Shown: piece after piece, positions 1 to 13,420 of the stretch
How the letters are laid out: each line of letters starts with the position of its first letter
Numbering within the stretch: the first letter of the stretch is position 1
From: Raja brachyura
Lineage: Eukaryota
Length of the DNA stretch: 64,000 nt
Assembly: GCA_963514005.1 (NCBI GenBank)
Contig: OY740814.1
Location: 17,050,001-17,114,000, forward strand
Direction: 5' to 3'
Position numbers and translations under genes: made by a program
Notes under the pieces: generated by a model
Database searches by the model: none
What the model saw: only the letters and a program-made list of their open reading frames with translations
What the model was told of the DNA's origin: nothing

Positions 1-92
1 GTAGTAGGGTCTCGACCCGAAACGTCGCCTATCTCCTTCGCTCCTTAGATGCTGCTGCACCCGCTGAGTTTCTCCAGCTTTTTGCGTAACCC
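1..92 (+). mobile_element. Penelope-like element terminal-repeat fragment
   Basis: gggtctcgacccgaaacgtc...gctgagtttctccagc, matches 14472-14555. Confidence 0.8.
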
Positions 93-1399
93 TTAAAGTT
101 GGAGGACAACTTGCTCTGTTTGATCTTACTTGATTGTGCACGCCAGGTTGATTGCATTCGTCGAAACAGGGCGGGACCACGTGAAGGTTGCAATCTCCCA
201 CCCCACTGTAACCCCTGGTTCTGGAAGAATGGGTCATTGTTTCCAGAAGCTACTTGAACCTGCAGGAGATGGGTAAAAAGATGTGATCACCTTCTGTGCA
301 GGCAATATGCTCCCTGCAAATAAGAGCCGGATGTTTTAGAAATCATGCTGTTTCAACAGTGCATTGAAAGACTACTGTGTGTTCATACAGCCGAGCGCTT
401 GGGCAAATAGACACTACACAATTGGACTAACAAAGCTGTCACTTATTTTCCATTGCTCCTAATCACAATGATTTAATAGAGTCTCTGTGGAGCACAGGTC
501 TGTCACTGTGTACACAGTAACGTATGACCCTCATATTGTTCATATCGCCACACAGGCTTTTAGCAATAAAAGTGAAACAGTAATTAACAAATGGTATGGA
601 AGTGCTTGGCAGACCAACTGATTATTCAATACAAAGCAAACAATTTGCCATAAATGTCTTTTGATTACAGAGTCTAAGGTAATTACGATCAGTAAACTGC
701 GTTGGTCAAGGCTCATGTGATCAAGGTACAACAAACACAATTTGCATTTACATAGCACCTTTACCTGGGAAGGTTGCCCTCGCTTGGGAGATACTGCCAG
801 TGATGTGACCAGACCTGTGGAGTATCACCGGCATTTTCTGGTTTTATTTTAGATTTCCAGCAGTTTCTTAGATTTTCAAGTGTACAGGAATATCACGTTG
901 TGGCAAAGAGGTAGAGCGGCAGACGGAGGAAGCCCGAGCAGTCACAGGCACAACGTGCATCTACCGCCCGAGGTCAGGATCGAACCCGGGTCTCCGGCAC
1001 TGTGAGGCAGCAGCTCCACCTGCTGCGCAACTCTGCCGCTCCCAACTACGTCAGTTTTCTAGCATCTGATTTGATTTCCCGACAGCAAAGGATGTTAATT
1101 TATATACATGTATCGAACAAGTCAGCGGAATGTTACTTTGTTTGGAGGAGAGGTTGACACCATTGTGGGCGCCTCGGGTGATTAATTGAGTTAACAACCC
1201 CATCACAGTAACCAAGCCAAACATAACTCCACTGCATCCTTAAACCATCTGGCTTTGGGAATCCAGTCAAAAGTTGTTTATAATCCTGTTAGTAATCTTT
1301 TTCTAATTGCTGCTACTCTGTGCAGGATGTGGAAGGCCTGGAGTGCCTGGCAAAGGCTTCCTTGTGTCGCTCTTTGGGACTTAACGTTTTGCATTGAAC

Positions 1400-2005
1400 A
1401 TTTCACCTCCTCCAGCCTCATCTACTGTATCTGCTGTTCAAGATGTGGACTCTTATATAACGGCGAGACCAAACGTAGCCTGGGCAATCATTTCGCTGAA
1501 CACCTTTGCTCAGTCTGCCTGGACTTACCTGATCTCCCGGTTGCCAAACACTTAAATTCCCCTTCCCACACTGACCTTTATGTCCTAGGCCTCCTCCATT
1601 GTCAGAGTGAGGCTAATCATAAATTGGAGGAACACCATTTCATATTTTGCTTGGGCAGCTTACAACACAGTGGTATGAATATTGATTCCACTAACTTCAA
1701 GTAACCACTGCACTCCCTCTCCCTCCATTCCTCCCCCACCCAAGTCGCACCAGGTTCCCGTTCTCACCTAGCAAACAGCTACCAATGGCCTGTTTCCTTT
1801 ATCACCGTTACTGTTTTGCATGTCTTTCATTCATTTGTCCCATCTCCCTCAATATCGCTGTCTATATCCCTCGTTTCCATTTCCCCTGATCAGTCTGAAG
1901 AAGGTCTCCCATCCCTTCTCTCCAGAGATGCTGCCCTTCCCGCTGCGTTACTCCAGCATTTTGTGTCTATCTTTGGTTTAAACCAGCATCTGCAGTTCTT
2001 CCCTA
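1400..2005 (+). mobile_element. Penelope-like retroelement 3' end (GIY-YIG endonuclease fragment plus terminal repeat)
   Basis: LIYCICCSRCGLLYNGETKRSLGNHFAEH...KLEEHHFIFCLGSLQHSGMNID. Confidence 0.85.
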
Positions 2006-4214
2006 CATGTGAGTTGCTGCTGATGTGTGTCAGATCTTTGTTACAACAACCCCCCCACCCCCCTGGCATCGACTGTCCCAATGTGCTGGTAGCTAAAATG
2101 GATCTCTCGTGACTGAGATATGTGACTAGTGAGCCTGTGAATTGAATCACTGATTTTACAAGAAATCAGTGGTTCATTTCAGTCCCTCCAATTCAGGATC
2201 AGCAAAGGTTCACTGCATGATGTCATTTATTCCTTGAATGGAAATTTTCAACTCTCTGAGGCTGTTTAATCTTTGTCCCAATCCGTCCGCAATGGAAGCT
2301 TTCTTCAGGAACTGCCTGTTACAAAGCTCTCTCTTCTTGATAACAAAGGCAATAATAAATAGCCTTATGTGGCTCCAGCAAGCCACAACTGTTGAAGACT
2401 GCAGGGTCCTGTTCAACATGCATCACTAATACTGGATTTGTAAAAAAAAACACAAAGGGCACAAAGTGCTGGAGTTACTCAGCTGGTCAGGAAGCATCTC
2501 TGGAGAACATGGATAGGCAACATTTCAGGTCGAGACCCTTCATCATTTGGTCCAATCATATGTCTGTTAAAACAGACGAGGGGGATTGAGATTTTTTGAC
2601 AGGCAGATGATTGAAACAAAGACCAGAAATAAGAACTGTAAGTATAAGAGAGGCTTGAGGAGTTGCAGACTATGAAGCCAGAAGGAGGAGGGGAGATGGA
2701 AGATGAACCCACTGAGCTACTCCAGTCACTGTGGCGCAGCGGTAGAGTTGCTCTGAAAACTGGCACAGACTCAATGGGCCAAATGGCCACCTTCAATGTC
2801 ATAAGGGAGAGCTCGCACTCCGAGGTACTCATTCACATATAATCTTTGGACGGGGAATGTGAGCAAACAACTTGTCAATGGGAGCAGTTATGGTGACGCC
2901 TGAGCAACAGCTAACTGCCGCAGGCCCAAATAAATATTAACGGCAGGGCCCTGGGAAAGCAGCCTCCTTCAGCAAGAACAAAGGCAAACTGATAAGAAAG
3001 CCTTTAATCTCTCATTAGCGAGTGTTCCATTGGCAAGGCTGTGAGGCCTCGTGGTGTGTGTGCCAACAAACACTCAATGGTTGTTGTAAGCGAAGTCAGC
3101 GACCTTTGACAGACCCGCCAGCACAGAGGTGCTAATCGTACTCAGCTGCCCACTTTGTTCACATGCCCGCCACCAGGCTCCCGAAACGGACTCAGCCCTG
3201 GCATGGCGAGAGATTGTTCCTCAGGTGGAAGGGGGAAATGTTTCATGAATGCTTTCAAAAGCTCCATGGTTAGATATCTCACCTCCTTTGATACCTTCAA
3301 TGCTCAGAGAGGGTGATATTGAGAACCGCAATCTCATTGATCAGGAACATACAGCAAATACCAGAAGAAGGTCCCCACCATTCAAGCATCTGCTGTCCCA
3401 TAGCTCCCCCATTGGCCACTGCCGCAGAAACAGAGAGACGGCTTAAAGAGAAGGCTAAATAGCAGAAAGTAGGTCAATATTTCCACAGGCAGTGAGGGTC
3501 CACCTGCCCATTAAACAAACACAGCAAGAGCAAGAACCTAATTACATGCCAACCACGATGTGTGCTGTGCCCGTTCATTTTTACAATCGAGTATGAGCGA
3601 TGCCCATGACCATCTGCCCGCACTTCACCCTATTCCTTTTGTTCAGGGATCCTGTAATAAAACCTCCCCCTTTCCCCCCCCTCCCTTTGACCTCCAGTTC
3701 TTTGTGCTATTGGTGTCTGTGTTGATTGTGCAAATAGCAACTCTTTCATTGTTGACAGAGCTAATGTTGACATTTTGTCACAAACTGCAGAGTCAATATG
3801 ATAAAATTAATCGCTGATTAAACTCCCAGCTCATTCCCACAGCCTGCTGAACAGAGCAGACGCTTGGTAAGCTTCTCACTGCTTGCATAAGCACATTACG
3901 GAACCACTGCAAACTTCAAGACTCAACGTGAAGCCTCACTTGCTTTTTAACCCAGACATGGCAGGATATTTAATTTCCTTTTCTCTCCCCACCTTCCCCG
4001 TCTCAAAAACTGCCTTGGCTAAATGTTGGCCCAAGAAGGAATTCATTTGTGCAATAATCACACGACACCATTATAATAATCCATAAGTCACAGTGGCTGC
4101 CGTCTCGGGGAATGGCACAAAGCGTTTTGTAATTACTGATATCTTAATGCCTAAGAGTAAAGTTTTAACTGTAAACAGACAGTACCATCAAAAACAAGGC
4201 AGTAGTTAGATCAC

Positions 4215-4400
4215 CACACTGGGCGAGTCCAGAACCAGGGCCCACACAGTCTTAGAATAAAGGGGAGGTCATTTAAGACTGAGGTGAGTAAAAACTTTTT
4301 CACCCAGAGAGTTGTGAATTTATGGAATTTCCTGCCACAGAGGGCAGTGGAGGCCAAATCACTGGGTGGATTTAAGAGAGAGTTAGATAGAGCTCTAGGG
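4215..4400 (+). mobile_element. CR1 LINE 3' fragment
   Basis: TRGHSLRI...FFTQRVVNLWNFLPQRAVEA-type C-terminus. Confidence 0.75.
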
Positions 4401-5191
4401 TTTCTGATATTGTCCAGCAAAACATTCTGACACAAAATGCTGGAGTAACTCAGCGGGACAGGCAACATCTCTGGAGAGAAGGAATGGGTGACGTTTCGGG
4501 TCGAGACCCTTCTTCAAACATTGTGACAATTGCGTGAGAGCGAAGGGGCAGGGCAGGAATGGATGCGTGTGGATGGCAGATGAGTTTACAGCTGTCAGAG
4601 TTAGCAGCTCCAATGCAAGCAGGTGTTTGGCTGCTCGACCTCCCTTGATCGCGCTCTTTGCCGGGTCTACATAACCCTCCTGGTGGCATTCAGATTAACT
4701 GAGTTAATCGTGCTGCCTGAAACCACAGATTAGGAGCCGAGCTATCTCCAGTGTTTACTGAGAACAAAGCGTTTCTGTGAAGTCTCAGGTGCAGAGGGAA
4801 AGAGATAAAGCCATTGTGTGATTTACACAGGTCACTGCACGTACAATCATAGCTCAGGCTGCAATGGAAACACAAAGCTTATCTTTGTGTTGGGAGTTAT
4901 TCTCAAAGTTTTACATTGCTTGCAAAGCTCTTATATCTCCTGTTTATTTTACAGTGTGTTGTGCATTAGTGAGTGGCTCAACAGCACCAGTGCTGATGCT
5001 ACACGTTTAGGTCAGGGCATTTGAACTGCTGTTGACCCAGTCCGGTCCGGCTGGCGAGAGGTGTTTGCAGCAGCAGCTTAAAGGGGAAGAGGCAGAAAGG
5101 CAGGCAGAGGGAGAGGTTTGGGAGAGTACTCCGTAGATGAAGGCCTTGCAGCTGAGGGCACAAAACCAAAGGTGGAGCAGTTACACAACTG

Positions 5192-5410
5192 AGGGCACAG
5201 TGTTACAGCGGTAAGGTTGCTGCCTGGGTTCCATCCTGACTATGGGTGCTGTCTGTACGGAGTTTGTATGTTCTCCATGCGACCACATGGGTTTTCTCCG
5301 GGTGCACCGGTTTCCTCCCACACACCAAAGATGTGCAGGTTTGTAGGTTAATTCTCTTTTGTAAATTGTGTAGGATGGAACTAGTGTACAGGTGATTGCT
5401 GAACACATGG
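5192..5410 (+). mobile_element. tRNA-derived SINE (HE1/V-SINE-like)
   Basis: tRNA-like head followed by V-domain-like text; related copies at 7225-7495(-), 17985-18265(+), 925-1043(-) and 53955-54050(-). Confidence 0.7.
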
Positions 5411-6034
5411 ACATGGCTCGGATATTCGTCTGGTCCCACTGTGAGAATGTAACATGGAACCTTTTATACTCGCATGCCGCACCAAACTACTTTGCAGCCG
5501 CTGACGTTATTTTGAAGGAGAGAACAGTTGAATTCCATGGAGTGCAGCTCGCTTACAGCTCATGTGACCCAGGTTCAATTCCGACCTTTGAGAAGTGCTG
5601 AGAGGACTTTATATGTTATCCCCATGGCTGGGTGAGTGCTCCAGCTTTCTCCCACTTCCCAGAGACATGTTGAAAGGTTAATTAGCAACTGTAAATTATC
5701 CCAATTGTAGATGGCTAGTGGAAGAATCGGAGCTGTTAATGGATACGCCTGAGAGAATGTGTTCGAGGGAAATAAAGGGCAGTATCGGATTAATAGCATC
5801 GCTCTGAGCAACAGCATAGGCTTCGTGGTGGAACAACCTCCTTCTTCACAACAGGAAGTATAAAACTATATAAAATGTGGTTACAATATAAGCAAACATT
5901 AGTTTCCACACTGTAAGCTCCCACAGTGTATAACAACAACCAATAGAAACAAAGAACTGCAGATGCTGGTTTACAAAAAAAGACACAAGATGCTGTAGTG
6001 GGTCAGGGAGAATGCTCATAAGAAAACTCGATGC

Positions 6035-6400
6035 ACCATCGAGAGCATCCTTACCAACTGCATCACAGTAGGGTATGGTAACTGCTCTGTCGCCGACCGG
6101 AAGGCTCTGCAGAGGGTGGTGAAGATCGCCCAACGCATCACAGGCTCCTCACTCCCCTCCATTGAGGCTGTCCATAGTAAACGATGCCTGCGCAGGGCGC
6201 ACAGCATCGCCAGGGACAGCTCACACCCCAACCGTAGACTGTTTACCCTCCTCCCATTCGGGAGACGCTACAGGTCCCTCTGCTGCCGAACCAGCAGGCT
6301 CAAGAACAGCTTCTTCCCTGCGGCTGTCACACATCTCAACGCTGCACCTCAATGACTGATTGTCTCCACCCCTCCCCCCCCCCCGCCCCGGACACTGTAA
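6035..6400 (+). mobile_element. Rex1/Babar-type LINE 3' fragment
   Basis: VKIAQRITGSSLPSIE...SHPNRRLFTLLPFGRRYRS...RLKNSFFPAAV; second copy at 24530-24870. Confidence 0.75.
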
Positions 6401-6409
6401 ATGTATAGA

Positions 6410-6995
6410 GGGTTACACAAAAAGCTGGAGAAACTCAGCGGGTGCAGCAGCATCTAAGGATCGAAGGAGATAGGCGATGTTTCGGGTCGAGACCCTTCTT
6501 CAGACTGGTCAGGGATCAGGGAAACGAGATATAGACGGTGAGGTGGAGAGATAAAGAACAATGAATGAAAAATATGCAAAAAAGTATTGATGATAAAGGA
6601 GACAGGCCATTGTAAGCTGTTTGTGGTGTGAAAATGAGAAGCTAGTGCGACTGGGGTGGGGGGGGGGGGGGGGGGGGAGATGGAGAAGGAATGTCAGGGC
6701 CCGAGGGCTGAGGGAGAGGTGGGGAGGGGGAGGAGGCAGTCTGGGTTAACAGAATTGAGAAAATTCAATGTTTAAGCCCAGAGGATGCAGACTCCCCAAG
6801 CGGAATATGAGGTGCTGTTCCTCCAACTTGCGGTGTTGCTCACTCTGGCCGTGGAGGAGGCCCAGGACCGAGAGGTCGGATACGGAATGGGAGGGGGAGT
6901 TGAAGTGCTGAGCCACCGGGAGGTCGGGTTGGTTATTGCGGACCGAGCGGAGGTGTTCGGCGAAACGATCGCCCAGCTTGGTCTCACCGATGTAT
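6410..6995 (-). mobile_element. young Penelope-like element 3' end
   Basis: GIY-YIG C-terminus plus terminal repeat; near-identical reverse complement of 14008-14557. Confidence 0.85.
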
Positions 6996-7636
6996 AGACA
7001 TCATTCGTAAGTTCGCCCTTCGCAGATACCAACTGCATTTCGTTGTCTCTGACAATAATGATTAAATTGAATTGAATTGAAAACTCCAGAGCCAAACGTC
7101 ACCTTTCCATGTTGTCCAGAGATGTTGCCTGACCCTCTGAATTACTTTGTGTCCTTTTGTGACAATAACCAGATCATTTAGCATTTTCAATTATTGTCGA
7201 GGAATAAATATTTTCCTTTTGACTTCAGAGATACAGAGCAGAACCAGGCCCCTTTGGCCACTGATCACCCCGTACACTAACACTATCTTACACACTAGGG
7301 ACAATTTTACAATTTACCAAAGACAGTTAACCAGCAAACCTGTACGTCTTTGGAGTGTGGGTGGAAACGTGAAAACCCGGAGAAAACCCACGTGGTCACA
7401 GGGAAAACATCCAAACTCTGTAATGAGCACCCGTAATCAGGTCTGAAGCGGAATCTCTGGCGCTGTAAGGCAGCAGCTCTACCCCTCCACCACCCCTAAC
7501 CATAGGTGGAACTCCCCAAGGGGCGCTGGCTACTTCACACCATCTCAGAAGGAGGGTGGGGCCTCAGTTTACCTGTTCACCCAAAAAGGCAGTTCCTCTG
7601 ACTGTGGGATTTCAACCCAGAACTTTCACACACTAA

Positions 7637-8443
7637 AGGGCCTGTCCCACCAGCATGCGACTCCATGCGGTGAGCGCGATCTAACGTGGTCGCTTGAGCC
7701 GTCCGGCCTCGCGGGGCCGGTCCCACTTCGATCGTCTGAGCCATATGGAGTTGTGCGGGGCTGGTCCCAACATTGCGCGGGGCTCCGAAAAACTGACCGT
7801 GTTCAAAAATTCCGCGCGCCAACGGCCTGTCGGCCCGCAGCATCCTCGACGCATTATGCACCGCCTCGACATCGTGCCTCCGTGACCCTCTCTGTAGGTG
7901 CCTCCGTGACCCTCCCTGTGTGCCTCCGTGACCCTCTCTGTGTGCCTTCATGACCCTCTCTGTGTGCCTCCATGACCCTCTCTATATGTGTGCCTCCTTG
8001 ACCCTCTATATGTGTGCCTCCGTGACCTTCTATATGTGTGCCTCTGCGACCCTCTCTCTGTGTGCCTCCGTGACCCTCTATGTGTGCCTCCGTGACCCTC
8101 TCTCCATGTGCCTCCGTGACCCTCTCTATATGTGCCTCCGTGACCCTCTCTATATGTGCCTCCGTGACCCTCTCTCTGTGTGCCTCCGTGACCCTCTCTG
8201 TGTGCCTCCGTGACCCTCTCTATGTGCCTCCGTGACCCTCTCTATGTGCCTCCGTGACCCTCTCTATGTGCCTCCGTGACCCTCTCTCTGTGTGCCTCCG
8301 TGTCCCTCTCTGTCCTTGCGAACTTACCGCGGACTTCGCTCCAACTTCGCGCCACATCGCCACTCACCCGACCTCCGCGTGGCCCCCGCTTCCAGTTTGG
8401 TCGCGCTCACCGCATGGAGTCGCTTGCTGGCGGGACAGGCCTT
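7637..8443. mobile_element. MITE with GGCCTGTCCCAC terminal inverted repeats, carrying a minisatellite
   Basis: TIRs of about 43 bp (agggcctgtcccaccagcatgcgactccatgcggtgagcgcga); TAA on the left flank. Confidence 0.8.
7874..8313. repeat. 22-24-bp minisatellite (GTGCCTCCGTGACCCTCTCTATAT variants)
   Basis: About 19 tandem units visible directly. Confidence 0.95.
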
Positions 8444-8549
8444 TGAGTTATCGTTGCTGGTAACATTCAGTTGGCAGGCAGCATCAGCGAGAAAAGACTA
8501 ATGATTCCATGACTCTGGAATCTCTGGACATCGGGATTAAATTCGTATT

Positions 8550-9360
8550 TGCGGTGGCGCCGTGAGCCGGCAGCCTCGCCAGCAGCTGTTCGTCCTTTCG
8601 ATTTGTTTTGTTTTTAGTATGTGTAAAAGTGTGTTTTAGTGTGGGGGGTGGGGGCGGGGAAGGGGGAAAACTGTTTTTTAGCCACTCACCTCGGTGGTAT
8701 GCGACATGTCTCCTAGTTGCATTTCGCCCTCCCTCGCGGCCTAACAGCTTGGATTGGTGCGGCCTCTCCCAGAGTCGTGCCCAGAGCTCTAGCAGCGGGC
8801 GCAGCATGGACTTTCCATCGCGAACCCGGCGATTCCTTGCCGCAGGTCGCCATAAGAGGTGGTCCGATCGCTGGCCAGCGGACTACAACATCCTGAAGCC
8901 GCGGGCTGCGGAGCTTCTAGCCGCAGGCGCGGCGTGGACTTACCATCGCGGAGTCTGGGATCCCTCGCCGGGGATCGCCGGAGAAGAGCTCCGACCGCCG
9001 TTCTGCGACCTATAACATCGTGAAGCCACGGTCTCCGGTAGGAAGCGGCCGATCCGGGACCTCCAAGCCGCAGAATGTCCGACCATCCCAACGTCGGAAT
9101 TTGGAGCATCCCGATGAGAGGGCCTGGTCATCGGGCCGTCCGTAGCGGCGATTGTGGAGGGTTCACGGGTCAACAAAGGAGGAGGACTGACTGAAGGTTA
9201 TTGCTTCCACCACAGTGAATAATATCGATTCCACTGTGGTGGATGTTCATGTTACATTCTATCGTGTATCGTGCTGTTTATGATTGTGTGGCTGCATGGT
9301 AAATCAAATCCACTGAACCTTAATTGGTGCACGTGGCAATAAACATGAACTTGAACTTTG
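8550..9360 (+). mobile_element. GC-rich non-autonomous interspersed repeat with a (TTGAAC)n-like tail
   Basis: 3' part (cttccaccacagtga...tgtggtggatgt) is shared with 20790-21055(-) and 57350-57790(-). Confidence 0.6.
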
Positions 9361-10035
9361 CCAATTCTATATTCATCTGTAATAAAACCTGTAGTCCCAT
9401 TTACACTGGAAACTACAGCTGAATTATTTTAAATTGCTCTATATACCTGGAATTAGTTTGTAACATCACCATAAGCACATCCATTGCGCAGGATTAAATA
9501 GGGAATTGTCTACCTTTGAAAGTGTTACCTAGTTGTTTTCTTCTCGTGAGAATTAATTACACACCCAGATTTTCAAAAGTAGTGTTACCTAATTTCCAAC
9601 AATATAAATATATTCAAATGTTTCATGTTTGAACTTGAAATTTTACAAGATGAAAGTGCAAGCGCGCCAAATGAGTGCATTAAAAAAAGGGCTTTTTCCC
9701 TTCTATATCGTTTCTATATCCTCACTGACATCTTCGGGAAGAAGGGGTGCATAGGAATGTATCCCTTTGTCATCTCCAAAACGCCATCAATCTCGTCCAG
9801 AGACCCATTTGAGAGTGAAATAACAATTATTTGCCTCACCTCTTCAGAAAGGCGAGCTCAATGCTGCCAGCTGAGGCTGCAGTGGGAGAAATAACATGGG
9901 AGATTTATTCAAATACAAACAGCAGTTTGATTGCTGGTCCTCTTGGTTCTTGGTTCTTGGTTACTTGGCCCTCCAAAATATTCCAACTGGAATTTAAACT
10001 GGAGGTGGTGAAGGGAGGGGTTTAGCCAGAGAGGG

Positions 10036-10475
10036 TTATTGGGAAGAAAGTGCCACTTTAAATTTAGTTGCATCTGGCTGGGCAACCGTGGCTTGGTGGA
10101 GATTATTCCATGCTTTAATAGTGCGTGGAAAGAAAGAATTGCTGTACACATCTGACTTTGAGGCTGGGACCACAAATTGGATCGAATGCCCTCGTCTGCT
10201 CCTAATTGGTTTGGGGTTGGTGTAAGTCTTGTGATCTATGTCTAGCTGACCATTTAACATTTTGTAAAAACAGGTCAAACGGTGAGCTTCACGTCTGAGT
10301 TGGAAAGGGTTCCACCCCAGAAAATTCAGAAGTTTGGTGACACTCGCTTCTCTCTCGTAGGTGTTAGTAACAAATCAAGCGGCCTGTCTTTGGACACATT
10401 CGATGGATGAAATGTTTTTATCTGTGTATGGGTCCCAAGCTGCAACCGCGTAGTCCCGATGAGGTCTAACGAGGG
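10036..10475 (-). mobile_element. CR1-clade LINE RT C-terminal fragment
   Basis: YAVAAWDPY...ECVQRQAA...RRGHS...NSFFPRTIKAWNNL. Confidence 0.75.
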
Positions 10476-10649
10476 TGATATATAGATTTATAGATTGCTA
10501 TATGGTTCATACCCTTGTAGAGATCAAGATTTCTAAGCCTGGCAGTGGAGGTACAATGGAACATCTTGGAGTGCTGAAACAGTGCGCCACTAGTTCTGTG
10601 CAAGGTGGATCTGTCCATCCCACGAGCTCACTTTCATTCATCCAGTGTG

Positions 10650-11550
10650 AAAGGTTAATGCATGAGGAGTGTTTGATGGTTCTGGGCCTGTACTCGCTGG
10701 CGTTTAATAAGATGAAGGGAGGCATCTCAAAGAAACCTACAGAATAACGAAAGGACTAGATAGAGTGAATGTGGAGAGTATATTTCCAGTAGTGGGGGAG
10801 TCCAGGACCAGACGGCACAACCTCCGAATAAAAGGTTGTACCTTTCGAATGGAAATGAAGAGGAATTTCTTTAGCCAGAGGGTGGTGACTGAGGAATTCG
10901 CGTCTGTGGATATCATTGGGTATTTTTACACCAGAGATTGGCAAGTTCTTCATTAGTTATGCCCGTCCCACTTAGGAAACCTTAACGGAAACCTCTGGAG
11001 ACTTTGCGCCCCACCCAAGGTTTCCGTGCGGTTCCCGGAGATTTGTCAGTCTCTCTAATGGTCGAAAGTGGATTCCGCTTCTTCTACGTAGAAGGTAAGA
11101 CCTTTTTTTCCACCCAGTTTTATTCCACTAGGGAGGTCTTACCTTCCACTACCTGCAACCTCCGACAACCACCTTCAACTAGCATCGCAACTGGCTTCGA
11201 CTAAAAAATTACCTATTTTTAAAACGGCAACCTATTTTTAGTCGCGGCCACTTTTGAATTTTTTGAAATTATCGCCGGAACATAGAAGAAGCGGAAACCA
11301 CTTTCGACCATTAGGGAGACTGACAAAAACCTTCAGGAACCGCACGGAAACCTTGGGTGGGGCGCAAAGTCTCCAGAGGTTTCTGTTCAGGTTTCCTAAG
11401 TGGGACAGGGGCATAAGGGTGTCAATGTTACGGGGAAAAGGCATGCAAATGGGTTCGAGATGGAGAATAGATCAGCCCTGATCGAATGGCAGAACAGACT
11501 TAATGAGCCAAATGGCCTAATTCTGCTCCCATGTCATATGATCTTAAATT
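10650..11550 (+). mobile_element. CR1 LINE 3' end interrupted by a MITE
   Basis: GLYSL...FPVVGESRTRRHNLRIKG...FFSQRVV; the tail resumes after 11416. Confidence 0.75.
10960..11413. mobile_element. palindromic MITE (PIF/Harbinger-like)
   Basis: Long TIRs (gtcccacttaggaaacct...aggtttcctaagtgggac); flanked by TTA and TAA. Confidence 0.8.
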
Positions 11551-13019
11551 CTCAAAACTATAAAATATCAATCACTAGAACTCAAACGCGTCTAAAACAG
11601 TTTTAACAAATAAAGGATGTGGTAAGAATATTAACTTTTGACTTGTTAGCTCGGCATCACAAAGACTGAGCAAATAAACTGCTGGAGGAACTCTAGAGGT
11701 CAGGCAACATTCGTAGAGACAAAGGGAACAACTGACCATCCCCTTGCATCCACATATGCTGCTGGACCCAGTGAGTTCCTTCAGCAGTTTTTTTTTCTCC
11801 ACATTGCAACATTGGCAATCTCTAGTGCCTCCATTGAACAAATAACATTGTGCATCCCAGTTATTTAAAATTGCACAAAATATGCTTGTACTTATAACAA
11901 TACTCCTTCTTGATTACGCCAATCACCAATTGAAATAAAATGTTCAGAGCCAATGATGCACATGATAAAAAAAAAAATCAGTTTTGATCTAGTAAAAAAG
12001 GACAGGCTGAATCCGTAACTGGTTTGGCAGCTAATTTGCAGCCTTATTGCAACAGGAATCAGAGATGCAAGAAATCAGGAGTGAGTAACATGAATAAGCC
12101 ATCAATCATACTTAGGCAGAGTGAGATACAATAATGACGTGTGCAACTGTGATTTTGCAGGGTGTTGTGTCAAACTGGCTTTAATTTAGCAAAGCCGAAA
12201 TGCATCAGAAATTGGATCCCAGCAGAAGAAAAATCACAGATAATCACTCCCAGGACACAGTTTGTCCTTGCTAAATTCCATTTTTGTTCCTTTAACAGGA
12301 AAACATAAAAGTTGACAAGAATACGAATGCTCTTGACTAGATTCCACCATTCTTTGTACCACAGAGAATTTATCAACCAACAATGTCACTCTCCCCCCCA
12401 CCCCCCCAACCCTCCCCCCCCCCCTCAAAATACGGTCACAATAGTTTGGCAATTCTGTAATAATTAAGAACTTAATAAAGTACTTAATAAGAAACCCATT
12501 GTGATGCTTTCTTGAAGCACTCTCCCAGCATCGTGGCCAATATGGTTCCTGAATTAGTGCCACTCAAAACAGAATGTTCCCATGGAAGTCGTGGAAACTT
12601 GCTGCGTTTAGACTTGCAAGAGAGATAGCTGTGTTTCCACACCACCATAAAGCCACAATCAAACAGCACTCAGGACATTCTGAAAGGCATCACAGGACGT
12701 TTATTTGCAGTTGTCCATACCCACACAAGGGACTGCAGGGAAAGGCTGCAATGCCTTATCCAGTTGAATAATTCGCCCTCTCCAGTCATGCCACACTGAG
12801 GAACAATTTTGTTTGCTCCGTTTGATCCCTGCGAACTCAATATAGTCGGGATCCAATTCTGCTGTTTTTCAGCCCTGTGGCAGTCATACAGCACGGAAAC
12901 GGGCCCTTCAGTCCCTCGTCCATGCTAACCAAGAGGCCCTTGGAGTGACTTTTTGATGTTCTAAGGGAAGTGTGTTGAACTATAGCAATACCTGCTGGGA
13001 GGGCAGCCAACTATACTTG

Positions 13020-13034
13020 GGAGGGGGAGGGGGG

Positions 13035-13113
<79 letters not shown>

Positions 13114-13252
13114 AATAGAAGAGAGACAGGGGAAGACAGAGAGATAGGAGATAGGAGAGAGAGAAGGAAAAATGGGGGGGAGAGAGAGAATGAGAGGAGG
13201 GACAGGGGCAGGGAGAAAGATGGGGAAGAGAGAGAGAGATAGAGCGAGAGGA

Positions 13253-13284
<32 letters not shown>

Positions 13285-13420
13285 AGAGAGAGAGGGGGAG
13301 GGAGAGCAGGGAGGGGGAGGGAGAGAGAGAGAGATACAAGGAAAGCAAGAGAGGAAAAGAGAAAGAGAGGAAGAGAACGAGAAAGACAGGAAGAGAGGGG
13401 GAAAGAGAGAAGGGAGAGTG
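13020..13420. repeat. (GA)n microsatellite and polypurine tract
   Basis: Visible directly. Confidence 0.95.

Noticed and set aside
7874-8313. CRISPR-like regular repeats
   Set aside because: Units are contiguous with no unique spacers, there are no cas genes, and the context is vertebrate; it is a minisatellite
8484-9176. Cluster of GC-rich ORFs resembling a CpG-island gene
   Set aside because: It lies inside an interspersed repeat whose 3' end recurs twice in the window; no domain or splice pattern
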